Of a DNA stretch of 57,020 nt, positions 56,915 to 57,020 are shown in pieces. Each line of letters opens with the position of its first letter. Position 1 is the first letter of the stretch. A program made the position numbers and the translations under genes. Below the pieces are notes generated by a model, which was not told the origin of the DNA, made no database searches, and saw only the letters and a list, made by a program, of their open reading frames with translations. Where the stretch lies: the IMG/VR virus record IMGVR_UViG_3300037762_000135, positions 1 to 57,020 of that record, one strand, 5' to 3'. The DNA comes from a virus. Taxonomy: Duplodnaviria > Caudoviricetes.

Positions 56915-57020
56915 ATCATGGCAACCATTAGCGCGGGCGATCTAGCCCTACTCCGATTGCGGAAACCACATAGCGTATTTTACCTGACGGCATGCCCTGC
57001 CACGGCATTGTGGTCGGCGC
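56894..57020 (+). repeat. Terminal direct repeat, copy 2 (assembly overlap)
   Basis: Identical to 1-127. Confidence 0.95.

Larger units (their letters stand above)
1..57020. mobile_element. Complete tailed (siphovirus-like) bacteriophage genome, circularly permuted assembly; host probably Chloroflexota
   Basis: Terminase, portal, capsid, tail, tape measure, lysis, replication and recombination modules are all present; ends overlap; no host housekeeping genes. Confidence 0.95.

Noticed and set aside
56894-57020. 127-bp terminal repeat as a biological DTR
   Set aside because: The length equals a common assembler k-mer and the repeat falls at a tail-gene junction; it indicates circularity only.
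1-57020. Alternative genetic code or tRNA genes
   Set aside because: Core genes are intact under code 11 with all three stops used; no cloverleaf was recognised by eye (tRNAscan not run).

Overview
The window is an apparently complete, circularly assembled tailed-phage genome of about 56.9 kb (bases 1-127 recur at 56894-57020). It is siphovirus-like: PBSX-type terminase, SPP1-type portal, HK97-fold capsid, tape measure protein and no sheath. It also carries a lysis region, a leftward RecT-type recombination operon, a rightward replication/methylation operon, about eight HNH/GIY-YIG nucleases and many small accessory genes. No integrase, CI-type repressor, tRNA, CRISPR array or reverse transcriptase was recognised. 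A Chloroflexota (Anaerolineae-like) host is inferred from an EAD7-like domain and protein style. The main signals are: (1) the palindrome ACGGCCGT occurs about 88 times by manual count against about 1 expected, like a non-cyanobacterial HIP1, and often sits at gene junctions; (2) four sequence-unrelated leaders share one RNA architecture (promoter, 5' segment, terminator hairpin whose loop is antisense to that segment), three of them in front of HNH nucleases, recalling P4 CI / P1 C4 antisense control; (3) a phage-encoded EAD7 Death-like domain is reachable through a -1 shift at an A9 / A_AAA_AAG site; (4) an operon encodes two GIY-YIG nucleases fused to different DNA-binding domains; (5) a gene-32-like H-type pseudoknot and a shared 17-nt leader element are present. 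All family assignments come from motif recognition by eye, not from database searches.
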